Source of the DNA: Candidatus Poribacteria bacterium
GTDB lineage: Bacteria > Poribacteria > WGA-4E > UBA9662
Reading direction: 5' to 3'
Length of the DNA: 64,000 nt
NCBI GenBank assembly: GCA_046582655.1
Contig: JAYGDX010000185.1
Location: forward strand, 64,840-128,839
A program made the position numbers and the translations under genes. Below the pieces are notes generated by a model. That model was not told the origin of the DNA. It saw nothing but the letters and a program-made list of their open reading frames with translations, and searched no databases. Numbering within the stretch: position 1 is the stretch's first letter; every line of letters begins with the position of its first letter. This document shows, in pieces, positions 11,744 to 21,130 of this stretch.

Positions 11744-13261
11744 ATGAATCCAGGAAAAGTTTATCTCGTTGGCGCGGGGCCAGGTGACCCGAAACTTATT
11801 ACGTTGAGAGGTATTGAGTGCCTCCAAATAGCGAATGTCGTCATCTATGATTCTCTCGTCAACCAGATTTTACTGGATTTTTACGCACCGACAGCCGAAA
11901 AGATCTACGGCGGCAAAATGAAAGGGGAGCAGGAAAGACGCCAGGCTGAGATTAATCGTCAAATGGTTGATTACGCTAGAGCGGGCAAGACGGTTGTTCG
12001 GCTTAAAGGTGGAGATCCCTTTGTTTTTGGTCGTGGCGGTGATGAGGCGTTAGTGTTGGCTGAAGCAGGAATTGATTTTGAGATTGTCCCCGGCGTGACT
12101 TCGGCTACTGCTGTGCCTGCTTATGCGGGTATTCCAGTGACAATGCGAGATTATGCTTCATCCTTTGCCGTGGTAACAGGCCATTCCGCAGCATTAGATT
12201 CTACTTCGCCAATTGGTTGGGAAAAGATTGCGACCGGAATCGATACCATTGTAATTCTAATGGGAGTTGGTCATCTGGATGAAATCACCCGGAGGCTAAT
12301 TGAGAATGGTAGATCCCCGCAAACGCCAACTGTCCTAGTGCAATATGGAACAACACCGGAACAGAAAACGATTGAAGGCACATTAGCTGATATTACACAG
12401 AAAGCTGAAGAAGCTAATTTTCAATCGCCTGCCGTGATTGTTGTGGGGGAAGTTAACCGTTTGCGCAAACATCTGAAGTGGTTTGAGCAAAAGCCACTTT
12501 TTGGCCGAAAAATTCTCGTGACACGGGCTCGCGCGCAATCAGCTAATTTTGTTAGTAAACTTGTGTCCCAAGGGGCGATGGTGTTATCATCTCCAATGAT
12601 AGAAATAGTTCCAATTGATCAGAATTTAGCACTTGATCAATCGATAGATGGCCTTTCTGATTATGACTGGGTTGTTTTCACCAGTACAAATTCGGTCAAT
12701 ATTTTTCACCGTAGGTTGTGTGAGAGAGGAAAAGATTCACGTTCATTTGGTCCTGTGAAGATCTGTGCTGTTGGGGATAAAACGACACAGGCACTGCAGC
12801 AGATTGGTATCTTGCCGGACTTTGTACCTTCCGAATCTTTGGGATCCGTAATCGCAGAGGAGATGAAAGATGTTGCTCACCAAAGAATTCTGATACCTCG
12901 CTCACGAATTGGTCGTCCAGAATTGTCAGATAGCTTGCGTGAGCGACAAGCGATAGTGGATGATATGCCGATTTATGATACTGTCAAAGTACAGGGCGAA
13001 GAACAGAACGAAATGTTAGAAAAGCTGAAAAACGGTGATATTGACATGGTAACTTTTACCAGTTCCTCTACGGCTGAGAATTTTTTAAACATGCTAGATG
13101 AACCACAGTCATTAATGAAAAACGTCCGAATTGCAGTTATCGGTCAATCAACGGCTAGAACTGTTATGATGCATGGTTTAAAGTATGACATTATTGCAGA
13201 CCAACCATTGATTGAGAATCTTGTTGATAATATTGTTGAATTTTATCGCGTTAATAATTAA
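11744..13261 (+). CDS. cobA: Uroporphyrinogen-III C-methyltransferase / uroporphyrinogen-III synthase fusion (CobA-HemD)
   Basis: VYLVGAGPGDP, RLKGGDPFVFGRG; then PLFGRKILVTRA, FTSTNSV, FTSSSTA. Confidence 0.95.
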   Translation: MNPGKVYLVGAGPGDPKLITLRGIECLQIANVVIYDSLVNQILLDFYAPTAEKIYGGKMKGEQERRQAEINRQMVDYARAGKTVVRLKGGDPFVFGRGGDEALVLAEAGIDFEIVPGVTSATAVPAYAGIPVTMRDYASSFAVVTGHSAALDSTSPIGWEKIATGIDTIVILMGVGHLDEITRRLIENGRSPQTPTVLVQYGTTPEQKTIEGTLADITQKAEEANFQSPAVIVVGEVNRLRKHLKWFEQKPLFGRKILVTRARAQSANFVSKLVSQGAMVLSSPMIEIVPIDQNLALDQSIDGLSDYDWVVFTSTNSVNIFHRRLCERGKDSRSFGPVKICAVGDKTTQALQQIGILPDFVPSESLGSVIAEEMKDVAHQRILIPRSRIGRPELSDSLRERQAIVDDMPIYDTVKVQGEEQNEMLEKLKNGDIDMVTFTSSSTAENFLNMLDEPQSLMKNVRIAVIGQSTARTVMMHGLKYDIIADQPLIENLVDNIVEFYRVNN

Positions 13262-13280
13262 GTGGTTGGGGAAACTTAAA

Positions 13281-13742
13281 ATGAGTCGTAGTAGAATTAA
13301 AATTTTCATTGCCAGTGGCATTCTCGCTTCTTCATTGATATTGTTGGTCTTTGTCGGTGTGAAAAATACCAGTCTACAGCATTTTAAGCCTGAACAACTA
13401 GTAATCCGGGCTCAGGAAGTTCATCAAAAGGGAGTTCAAATAGACGGGTTTATCGCGGAAAAATCAACACGTTGGGATCCCGGTAATTTTCAACTGTCCT
13501 TTATTATCCGTGATGCGGCAGATACTGCACGTGTCAATGTCGTTTCGGTTGATAGGCTCAAGCCTGACAATTTTAAAGATGGTGGAAATGTTTTTGTTGA
13601 AGGACGATACAATGCGGATCAAAATCTGATTACCGCCTCAAAGATTCAGACAAAATGTGCTTCGAAGTATCAGCAGGCGGAAAGCGCATTGGCAACTCAG
13701 GAAGTGTACCAAACAGAGACGAAGGTTACGCAACAGAACTAA
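13281..13742 (+). CDS. ccmE: Heme chaperone CcmE, CxxxY variant
   Basis: N-terminal TM, PDNFKDGGNVFVEG, TKCASKY; upstream of ccmF. Confidence 0.9.
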   Translation: MSRSRIKIFIASGILASSLILLVFVGVKNTSLQHFKPEQLVIRAQEVHQKGVQIDGFIAEKSTRWDPGNFQLSFIIRDAADTARVNVVSVDRLKPDNFKDGGNVFVEGRYNADQNLITASKIQTKCASKYQQAESALATQEVYQTETKVTQQN

Positions 13743-13764
13743 ATTTACTCAGGAATAACGGATT

Positions 13765-15807
13765 ATGGCATCAGAGATTGGTCAGGCTGCAATTTGGCTT
13801 GCCGTTTTTTCAACCCTATGGGCAATTGGGATGCTTTCCATTGGATTGCGAAATAGGAATAATAACGCAATTATCAGTGGGAGAAACGGTGTCGTTGCAA
13901 CTTTTGGGTTAATTAGCATAGCCGTGGCTGGATTGATTTATGGGTTTCTCACAGATGATTTTTCTATACGTTATGTTGCGGAGGGCTCGAGTTTTTATCA
14001 GCCGGTACTATACAAAATTGCTGCCCTGTGGGGGAAAATGTCTGGATCACTGCTGTTTTGGTTGTGGCTGATTGCACTTTTCGGCACAGTTTTTGTTTGG
14101 CAGAATCGTCGTGCGACAGACCGTCTTACTGACCATGCCCTAATTCCTATCTCCATAGTTATGCTTTTCTTCATTATCCTTGTTTCAGGCTTAATTAGAG
14201 GTGTTTATAATCCCCTTTCTAGATTTCCAAACGGAGGTGTTATACCCGATGGTGCAGGGATGAATCCCTTACTCCAGACGCCAAGTATGGCCTTCCATCC
14301 TCCAATACTTTACATCGGGTTTGTCAGTTTAACGATACCTTTTGCGTTCGCGATTGGAGCATTAATGTCTGGTAGGATTGATAATGATTGGATCATTAGA
14401 TCTCGAAGATGGACACTTTTCTCCTGGTTGGCATTAACAGTCGGAATTACACTTGGCGGAAACTGGGCATACCGTGAGCTGGGCTGGGGAGGCTATTGGG
14501 CTTGGGATCCGGTAGAGAACGCATCACTTATGCCGTGGCTTCTATGTAGTGCTTATTTGCATTCAGTTATGATCCAAGAAAAGCGAAACATGCTTAAAGT
14601 TTGGAATATAATCCTTATGGTTCTTGCCTTTGAATTCACAATTCTTGGTACATTTATTACTCGAAGCGGGATTATCACCTCAGTCCATGCCTTTGCTGAA
14701 GGGGATATCGGAATATATTTCATGAGTTTCATCCTCCTATCCATATTTACTATCGCTGGTTTAATTGTTTTCCGTTGGGAAGAATTGAAAAGCCTGAATT
14801 GCCTTGAGTCCTTTTTATCTAAGGAAAGCGCCTTTGTTTTGAATAATTGGTTGTTTGTTGCTCTAACGTTAATAGTCCTGTGGGGAACGCTTTGGCCGAT
14901 AATTTCTGAGGCAATGACAGGCCAGAAGACTGCAGTACCGGAAGAGTTTTTCAATAAAACAGTCATTATTCCAGGATTAATGCTTTTGTTTCTAACGGGA
15001 GTGGGGCCAATTATCTCTTGGAGAAAACTGACCTTAAGTAACCTTAAGCACGTGTTCTCCAAGCCAATTATATCGGCCTTGATCTTGCTAATTCCTACGG
15101 TTATTTATTTGTTTCTGAATGGTAAAACCCTTGTAGAAACTCGATCTATCTACACTATACTCTGCATGTTTTGTGCCGTTTTTGTTTTGGTAGCCATTGC
15201 TGATGAATTCTATCGTGGAGGCAAGTTAAGGTCAAAGCGCCACGAAATCGGTTTCCTTAGTGGATTAATTAGGCTGATCAAACGAAATAAGAGGCGTTAT
15301 GGAGGATACATCGTTCATGTTGGTATTGTTATTGTTTACATTGGTATTATGGGATCAAAAGGTTACTTCCTGCTTGAATCGAAAAGCGTAACTAATGGAC
15401 AATCAATCGAGATCGGAAAATATCAATTAACTCTTAACAATGGTTTTCAAGAGAAGTTTCCAAACTTTGTACTGGCTGGTGCGTATTTTGATGTGAAGAA
15501 AAACGGAAAACACATTAAAACAGTGCAACCTGCTCGTGGTTTTTATTTTCAGGCGGGACAGGGGGAGCAAGATACGATTGAGTCGGCAATTACCCATTTT
15601 GGTTTAGATGATCTCTACATTGCTCTGGGGCCACTGCCGCAAAATGCCGCTGAATATGTATCCAGAGGAGAACCAGTTTCAGTTCAGGTATACCATAATC
15701 CGTTGATTAGTCTGGTGTGGATTGGTGTTGCTATCATGTTTGCTGGGGGGTGTGTGGCGATGTTAGAAAAGAACTATAAAGACAGCGAAAAGCTGATAGA
15801 TGCATAG
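13765..15807 (+). CDS. ccmF: Heme lyase CcmF
   Basis: GMNPLLQ, HPPILYIG, WAYRELGWGGYWAWDPVENAS, RYGGYIVHVG. Confidence 0.97.
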   Translation: MASEIGQAAIWLAVFSTLWAIGMLSIGLRNRNNNAIISGRNGVVATFGLISIAVAGLIYGFLTDDFSIRYVAEGSSFYQPVLYKIAALWGKMSGSLLFWLWLIALFGTVFVWQNRRATDRLTDHALIPISIVMLFFIILVSGLIRGVYNPLSRFPNGGVIPDGAGMNPLLQTPSMAFHPPILYIGFVSLTIPFAFAIGALMSGRIDNDWIIRSRRWTLFSWLALTVGITLGGNWAYRELGWGGYWAWDPVENASLMPWLLCSAYLHSVMIQEKRNMLKVWNIILMVLAFEFTILGTFITRSGIITSVHAFAEGDIGIYFMSFILLSIFTIAGLIVFRWEELKSLNCLESFLSKESAFVLNNWLFVALTLIVLWGTLWPIISEAMTGQKTAVPEEFFNKTVIIPGLMLLFLTGVGPIISWRKLTLSNLKHVFSKPIISALILLIPTVIYLFLNGKTLVETRSIYTILCMFCAVFVLVAIADEFYRGGKLRSKRHEIGFLSGLIRLIKRNKRRYGGYIVHVGIVIVYIGIMGSKGYFLLESKSVTNGQSIEIGKYQLTLNNGFQEKFPNFVLAGAYFDVKKNGKHIKTVQPARGFYFQAGQGEQDTIESAITHFGLDDLYIALGPLPQNAAEYVSRGEPVSVQVYHNPLISLVWIGVAIMFAGGCVAMLEKNYKDSEKLIDA

Positions 15808-16282
15808 ATTCAGGGACCTCCTCAGTCTAGTGTTAGCATGCGGATTATCTATACCACCAATTTATGCTGATGAACGGACGCTTGAAGATCCAGTAATTGA
15901 ATTGTCGGAAAGTGTCTACTGTCCTTGTGGCTGTGTTCGTGAAACAATTCGGGCATGTGTTTGTGGGACGGCACAAGGTATAACGCAGGAGTTCCAAAAT
16001 CGACTGCGAAATGAAGAAACTATTGAGGAAATTCGAGAAGATTATCTAGGAAAATATGGAACACAATTCAATGCCGTAATGCTGGCAGAAGGATTCAACA
16101 TAGTTGCTTATGTAATCCCATTCTTTATTTTGGTTGTCGGACTTGGTATTGTGGCCATTGTAATCACTCGTTTAAAACAAGGAATCAGAGAGCCTGCCAA
16201 GACTACCTCGGCCAAAATAGATCGGGCCCAATTTGATTACCAGCAAATTGAAGATGAGGTTGAACGCTACAAACGGGATTGA
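15800..16282 (+). CDS. ccmH: CcmH-like cytochrome c biogenesis protein (Cys-rich)
   Basis: Signal peptide, YCPCGC...CVCG, YLGKYG, then a TM helix; overlaps ccmF. Confidence 0.75.
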   Translation: MHRFRDLLSLVLACGLSIPPIYADERTLEDPVIELSESVYCPCGCVRETIRACVCGTAQGITQEFQNRLRNEETIEEIREDYLGKYGTQFNAVMLAEGFNIVAYVIPFFILVVGLGIVAIVITRLKQGIREPAKTTSAKIDRAQFDYQQIEDEVERYKRD

Positions 16283-17693
16283 TGAAAGTTTAACTAATAA
16301 ACAGCGGCTATTGCTAGATCTTGCTCGTTGGTTGCTGATTGTTTTTTGTTGCCTTGCTGTTGGTATTCTGCTTGGTGTTACTTCTGAATCTCCTTTAATG
16401 GTGCTGGTTGTCTTAACGGTAATCGGTGTTTTTGTTTTTCTGTGCATGGACCTCGCATTCTATGCGATTATGCTGTTCCTACCGTTTTCCTTCCGATATA
16501 TTATTCCCGGTAGAGGTTTTGAAGTTCAAACTCCATCTGAGCCCCTTTTGGGAATGCTTGTTGTAGTGTTTCTGGTTCAGAGGATTTTTGAGCGTACTAC
16601 TTTCAAAACTAGTGCGAGTGACGATAAAAAATTTCCATTTGCTCTGCCTATAACCATATTTATCATCGTCACTATTCTGTCAGCGATCAATTCACCTGAA
16701 ACTTTGGGATCAATCAAGGGCGCAATTCGAGCAAATGTCTATGTCATGTCAAGTTTCCTAACATTCCTGTTGATCCGATCCCGCCAAAGTCTTCAATGGT
16801 TGTTCTGGTCTATCTTTTCGTCAGCCGCTGTAGCAGTAATCTGGACAGTTATCATTTTAATTTACAACATTGATCTATGGCAGTGGACTAGTGCTTATCG
16901 TGGATCCCCGTTTACTAACTATTCAGTCTTTGGCGGTTACACAGCTATCTTTTTGTTGATTGTCTTAAGTCGTTTGTTACTCGATCGAACGTCGTATGAT
17001 AGAGTGTTTTGGTCGGTGCTGTTGGTAATATTTACCGCTGGTATTCTCCTATGCTTTTCACGCGGTGTTTGGTTATCTTTAATTATTGCAGTTGGATTTT
17101 TGTTGGTTAATTTGTCGCAAGCCGAACATCACAAAAAAATATTGATTATTGGTAGTGGTTCTGTTTTTCTTCTCACTTTATTATTGTTACCAAGTGCCTC
17201 TGACTTAATTACAGAAAGAGTTTCAACTTTGTTTGATCCTCAGTTTGCATCGAATCGGTCGCGGCTCCTCCGCTGGGCACAGGCATTGTTGATGTTTACA
17301 GAACATCCAATTATTGGTAACGGATATGGTGCTTTTGCCATGCTTTATCAGGAGGATGTTGCCTTGACTGGTGAATACGTTGCTCAATTCCAACTTGGCG
17401 TGCACAGCGAATATATGCAGATTCTAGCGGAACAGGGCAGTCTTGGTCTTATTGCATGGTTCTGGGTGATCCTAGCTTTCTTTCGATTCGGTGTACGGGC
17501 ACTACGCCGTATCAGGGACACTTTTTTTCGTTCTTTGGTTTTAGGTATTATGGCGGCCGAACTGTCACTCCTAGTTCATTTTTTGGTTAATAACCTGTTA
17601 AACGGAGATGCTATTGGTATTCCGTTTTGGGTGCTCTATGGCTTGCTTCCTGCTGTCGTTGGAATAGCGGAGCGTGAAGTTAAAGCGACTTGA
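16254..17693 (+). CDS. O-antigen ligase / Wzy_C family membrane protein
   Basis: Multi-TM; FSRGVWL, SNRSRLLRW, HPIIGNGYGAF, HSEYMQILAEQG; start uncertain. Confidence 0.85.
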   Translation: MRLNATNGIDESLTNKQRLLLDLARWLLIVFCCLAVGILLGVTSESPLMVLVVLTVIGVFVFLCMDLAFYAIMLFLPFSFRYIIPGRGFEVQTPSEPLLGMLVVVFLVQRIFERTTFKTSASDDKKFPFALPITIFIIVTILSAINSPETLGSIKGAIRANVYVMSSFLTFLLIRSRQSLQWLFWSIFSSAAVAVIWTVIILIYNIDLWQWTSAYRGSPFTNYSVFGGYTAIFLLIVLSRLLLDRTSYDRVFWSVLLVIFTAGILLCFSRGVWLSLIIAVGFLLVNLSQAEHHKKILIIGSGSVFLLTLLLLPSASDLITERVSTLFDPQFASNRSRLLRWAQALLMFTEHPIIGNGYGAFAMLYQEDVALTGEYVAQFQLGVHSEYMQILAEQGSLGLIAWFWVILAFFRFGVRALRRIRDTFFRSLVLGIMAAELSLLVHFLVNNLLNGDAIGIPFWVLYGLLPAVVGIAEREVKAT

Positions 17694-17717
17694 CATGCTG
17701 ACATCTTATGTTAAGAT
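17690..17717 (+). promoter_or_regulatory. Sigma70-type promoter
   Basis: TTGACA-N16-TAAGAT with TG extended -10. Confidence 0.55.
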
Positions 17718-17932
17718 GGGAAATTGAATGTTTGGTCGTAAAACGAATAATGCCAGAATACAGGTTTTGGTGTTCTTATTTATGATTCCATGTCCGTTTG
17801 CGAGTATTAACGGAAACCGAAATCTAGTAGGAAATGTTAGGCAATATCATGACATTTTCTCCTTATAGAAAACCATATGCAATTTGTGAAGGATCAAATG
17901 TAAGATATTGGATGTTATATGTCCAGCTTTGC

Positions 17933-17960
17933 GCCGAGAAATGCTATCTCGGTTTTTTTT
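17933..17960 (+). terminator. Intrinsic terminator hairpin in the leader of the enolase-like gene
   Basis: GCCGAGA-aatgcta-TCTCGGT stem with a T8 run at 17953-17960. Confidence 0.7.
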
Positions 17961-17988
17961 ATGACAGTTTAATGGAAGGAGCGTAATT

Positions 17989-19341
17989 ATGGTGAAAGAT
18001 AGTGATATTCGTATTTTAGATGCGGAATATAATTTAGAGAAATATGATTATCGAACACCATTAAAGTTTGGTGGTGTCCCAACAGATCATTGTGTGATAT
18101 TCAATGTGAAAATCCAAGTCCGGACGCGTGACGGTGGGGAAGCCGAAGGATTTGGCTCGATGCCACTTGGCAATGTATGGGCATTTCCTCCCAAGTACGT
18201 ACCGTTTGATCAAAGTCTGGAAGCCATGAAAACAATCGCCAAGAGATCTGTTAAGTTAACAGGTCAATGCGACTTTGTCGGACATCCGGTTGATATATCG
18301 GAGATCTTAGAGGTCGAGTTTCTAAAAATCGCAGAAGAGGTTTCAAAAGAAATGGGTTTGGGTTTTCCTGTACCGAAGCTTTGTACGGCGGTAACAACAA
18401 GCCCTATAGATGCAGCCATCCACGATGGCTTTGGTAAAGCGAACGGTATCAACAGTTATCATGGGCTTTCCCTAGATTATATGAATTGGGATCTCTCTCA
18501 CTATCTCAATGACAGGTTCAGCGGAAAGTATCTCGATCAATACGTGCTGGAAACACCGCAACCCAGAATACCACTCTATCATCTGGTCGGGGCTCTTGAT
18601 CCATTGACCGACACAGATATTCCAAATCGGCTTAACGACGGCTTGCCGGAAACGTTACCAGAGTGGATTGTTTCAGACGGATTAACCCATCTCAAAATAA
18701 AGTTAAATGGGTCAAATCTAGATTGGGACGTAGATCGGGTGCTTTCTATCGAAAAGGTAGCAGCAGAAACACAGGCGAATCGCGGAATAGATCAATGGTT
18801 CTATTCGGCCGATTTTAATGAAACCTGCCAGAATGTCGAGTACCTACTAGAGTTTTTAGCCAAGATTGAAGAGGGAGAAGGAAATGCTTTTAATCGATTG
18901 GCTTATATTGAGCAACCGACAGATCGCGATTTGAAAGCACATCCAGAGAACAAAATGCATCAAGCTGCCAAAATCAAGCCCGTGGTAATTGATGAATCTT
19001 TGACTGACTTTGAGACATTCTTGTTGGCCCGTGATCAAGGCTATTCCGGTGTTGCATTAAAGGCATGCAAAGGTCAGTCGCAAGCGTTATTGATGGGAGC
19101 TGCTGCACAGGAGTATGGTATGTTCCTCGCGGTTCAGGACTTGACTTGTCCGGGATCATCATTTTTGCATTCTGCGGGTATCGCTGCCCGTGTAAAAGGG
19201 ATCACCGCGATTGAAGGCAACGGCCGTCAATTCTGTCCCATCGCCAATGAAGGTTGGAAAAACAAATTCCCATCGGTATTCATGATATCAGATGGCACCA
19301 TTGGTACCTATGCCCTGATTGGAAACGGGTTGGGTCACTAA
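17989..19341 (+). CDS. Enolase-superfamily (mandelate racemase/muconate lactonizing-like) enzyme
   Basis: HLKIKL (KxK), SADFNE, YIEQP, VIDES, ALKACKG; AAGGAG RBS. Confidence 0.85.
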   Translation: MVKDSDIRILDAEYNLEKYDYRTPLKFGGVPTDHCVIFNVKIQVRTRDGGEAEGFGSMPLGNVWAFPPKYVPFDQSLEAMKTIAKRSVKLTGQCDFVGHPVDISEILEVEFLKIAEEVSKEMGLGFPVPKLCTAVTTSPIDAAIHDGFGKANGINSYHGLSLDYMNWDLSHYLNDRFSGKYLDQYVLETPQPRIPLYHLVGALDPLTDTDIPNRLNDGLPETLPEWIVSDGLTHLKIKLNGSNLDWDVDRVLSIEKVAAETQANRGIDQWFYSADFNETCQNVEYLLEFLAKIEEGEGNAFNRLAYIEQPTDRDLKAHPENKMHQAAKIKPVVIDESLTDFETFLLARDQGYSGVALKACKGQSQALLMGAAAQEYGMFLAVQDLTCPGSSFLHSAGIAARVKGITAIEGNGRQFCPIANEGWKNKFPSVFMISDGTIGTYALIGNGLGH

Positions 19342-19342
19342 A

Positions 19343-20590
19343 TCAGATCTGTGCATTTGCCATAAACTGCGCGTAGATTTTCGTTGTCAGTATCAGATCG
19401 GAAATACTTACTCGTTCATCAATACCGTGAGCATTCTGTCCCCACGGTCCATAGCCGACTCCTAGCGTATTTCCGTCTTCGACGAAGTAATGTAGATCAG
19501 TAAATCCCGATGTCACGTCGAACTGGGCAGGCTCTTGACGGATCTGACTAACAATCTTCCTGAATGTCTGTGGGGGATTTTTATCAGAAGGAATGAAACA
19601 TGGAGAAATCAACAGGATGGGGCTGAGTTCCACATTGAGATCTGGAATGGATTGGCGCGCTCCTTCGATGGCAGCCTGCAGTTCTGGCTCAATGTTTTCG
19701 ATAATTTCGCTTGGTGTAACACGGCGGTCGATCGAAAACTTGGCCAAAGAGGGCACTGTATTAATTTTATCTCCTGATGTCCCTTCAAAAACACCACCAA
19801 TGTTAATTGTCGGTATTAACTCCCTACCAGCTGGTGTTTTGAATATTCGATCAGGATGATTAAACTTGCTTTTCAACGATTGTAGAGCGATAACCAACTC
19901 TGACATTTTTTCAAACGCGTTTAGTCCTCTATGTGGACGAGATCCATGTGCGGGCTTCCCGAAGACAAAAACATCTGCCCATAAAATACCGTTGTGACCA
20001 CACCCTATGTTCAGTTTTGTGCCACCTTCACAATTAACTACGAAATCGGCATTCACCAACTTCTTTCGAACAATTTCGCCAACGCCGAGTTGGCCACCAA
20101 TTTCCTCGTCACACGTAAATGAGCATTCAATATTAAAAGATGGATTAACTCTGTTTTCTCGGAGTGTTTGGATGGCAAAGAGAGTTGCCGCAATTGAATC
20201 CTTCATATCGTCTGATCCTCGACCATATAGCCAATCACCGTCGATCTGCGGATCGAATGGATCTTGACTCCATCCATCGGATGTAGGAACGACATCAAAA
20301 TGGGAGTTAAAGTGTACCGTTTTCTCCGCTCCGGTATTCCATTTTGCGATTAGATTCATCCGTGGATATTCGATTGCGTGAGGGAGATGCATTTGTGCTT
20401 CCTCTGTTGGTACGCGATGAATTTCTGTTCCTAGATCAAGTTCTCTACACCACCCCTCGAGCAGACCCACAATTTCTGCGTAGTTTGTACCGGGTGGGTT
20501 CACAGTTGGAATTCTGACAAGCGCCTGCAAGCGTTGGCAAAGACGGGGTACATTTCTATCAATATAATCGTTTAATTTTACTATCGACAT
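19343..20590 (-). CDS. M20 metallopeptidase (ArgE/DapE-like deacylase)
   Basis: IPTVNPPG, NSHFDVVP, LYGRGSDDMK, DEEIGG, GKPAHGSRP, AHGIDE. Confidence 0.92.
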   Translation of the reverse strand: MSIVKLNDYIDRNVPRLCQRLQALVRIPTVNPPGTNYAEIVGLLEGWCRELDLGTEIHRVPTEEAQMHLPHAIEYPRMNLIAKWNTGAEKTVHFNSHFDVVPTSDGWSQDPFDPQIDGDWLYGRGSDDMKDSIAATLFAIQTLRENRVNPSFNIECSFTCDEEIGGQLGVGEIVRKKLVNADFVVNCEGGTKLNIGCGHNGILWADVFVFGKPAHGSRPHRGLNAFEKMSELVIALQSLKSKFNHPDRIFKTPAGRELIPTINIGGVFEGTSGDKINTVPSLAKFSIDRRVTPSEIIENIEPELQAAIEGARQSIPDLNVELSPILLISPCFIPSDKNPPQTFRKIVSQIRQEPAQFDVTSGFTDLHYFVEDGNTLGVGYGPWGQNAHGIDERVSISDLILTTKIYAQFMANAQI

Positions 20591-20593
20591 ATT

Positions 20594-20974
20594 CTATTGG
20601 TCTGCAGTGTTAACCGAGAAATTTCTACTGGTGGCCGATCCGCTGGGATTTGAATTTATTGGTGGGGATGGTGGCACACTATCGGTTTTTGAGATGATAG
20701 TATTCAATGTAAACGTTTGACTGGTTATGGATGTGGCGAGGTAGGATCTTGTTTTGCGTGATGACTGGCTTATACCCTTATTTGGAAATGGTTCTGTCGC
20801 TGGAAGTGATTCTGATTTAGTATTGAGATTAAAAGGTGTGCTAGAGACAGCAGTTCCGAGTGCACCTAAAGAGGAATCAGTTTTTGATAAAACTCGGTGG
20901 TCTAGTGAAATTGATAAACTGAGCCCAAAAACAAGTAGAATTCCGAAGGAAACGCGGACAATATTTCTTGTCAT
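20594..20974 (-). CDS. Small exported Ser/Pro/Thr-rich protein with three SxxFx[LV]NT motifs
   Basis: GGGAG RBS, upstream promoter, hydrophobic N-terminus; stop 3 bp before the M20 start. Confidence 0.6.
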   Translation of the reverse strand: MTRNIVRVSFGILLVFGLSLSISLDHRVLSKTDSSLGALGTAVSSTPFNLNTKSESLPATEPFPNKGISQSSRKTRSYLATSITSQTFTLNTIISKTDSVPPSPPINSNPSGSATSRNFSVNTADQ

Positions 20975-21001
20975 AATTTTCTCCCTTAATTACAAAAACT
21001 G

Positions 21002-21030
21002 AGCGTAACAGATGGAATCTCGTCTGTCAA
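21002..21030 (-). promoter_or_regulatory. Sigma70-type promoter for the 20974 and M20 genes
   Basis: Minus strand TTGACA-N17-TACGCT with TG extension; a second TTGACA sits immediately upstream. Confidence 0.55.
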
Positions 21031-21130
21031 TGTCAAAATCAAAGTGGCCTCAGGTGAAAATCTGTGTTGCTATTAATATGGCATTTATCATGATGACGCG
21101 AATTTTAACTACATAAAAGTTAAGTTTAAC

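Noticed and set aside
20754..21002. 82-aa + strand ORF
   Set aside because: Antisense to the 20594-20974 gene, which has the RBS, promoter and signal peptide.
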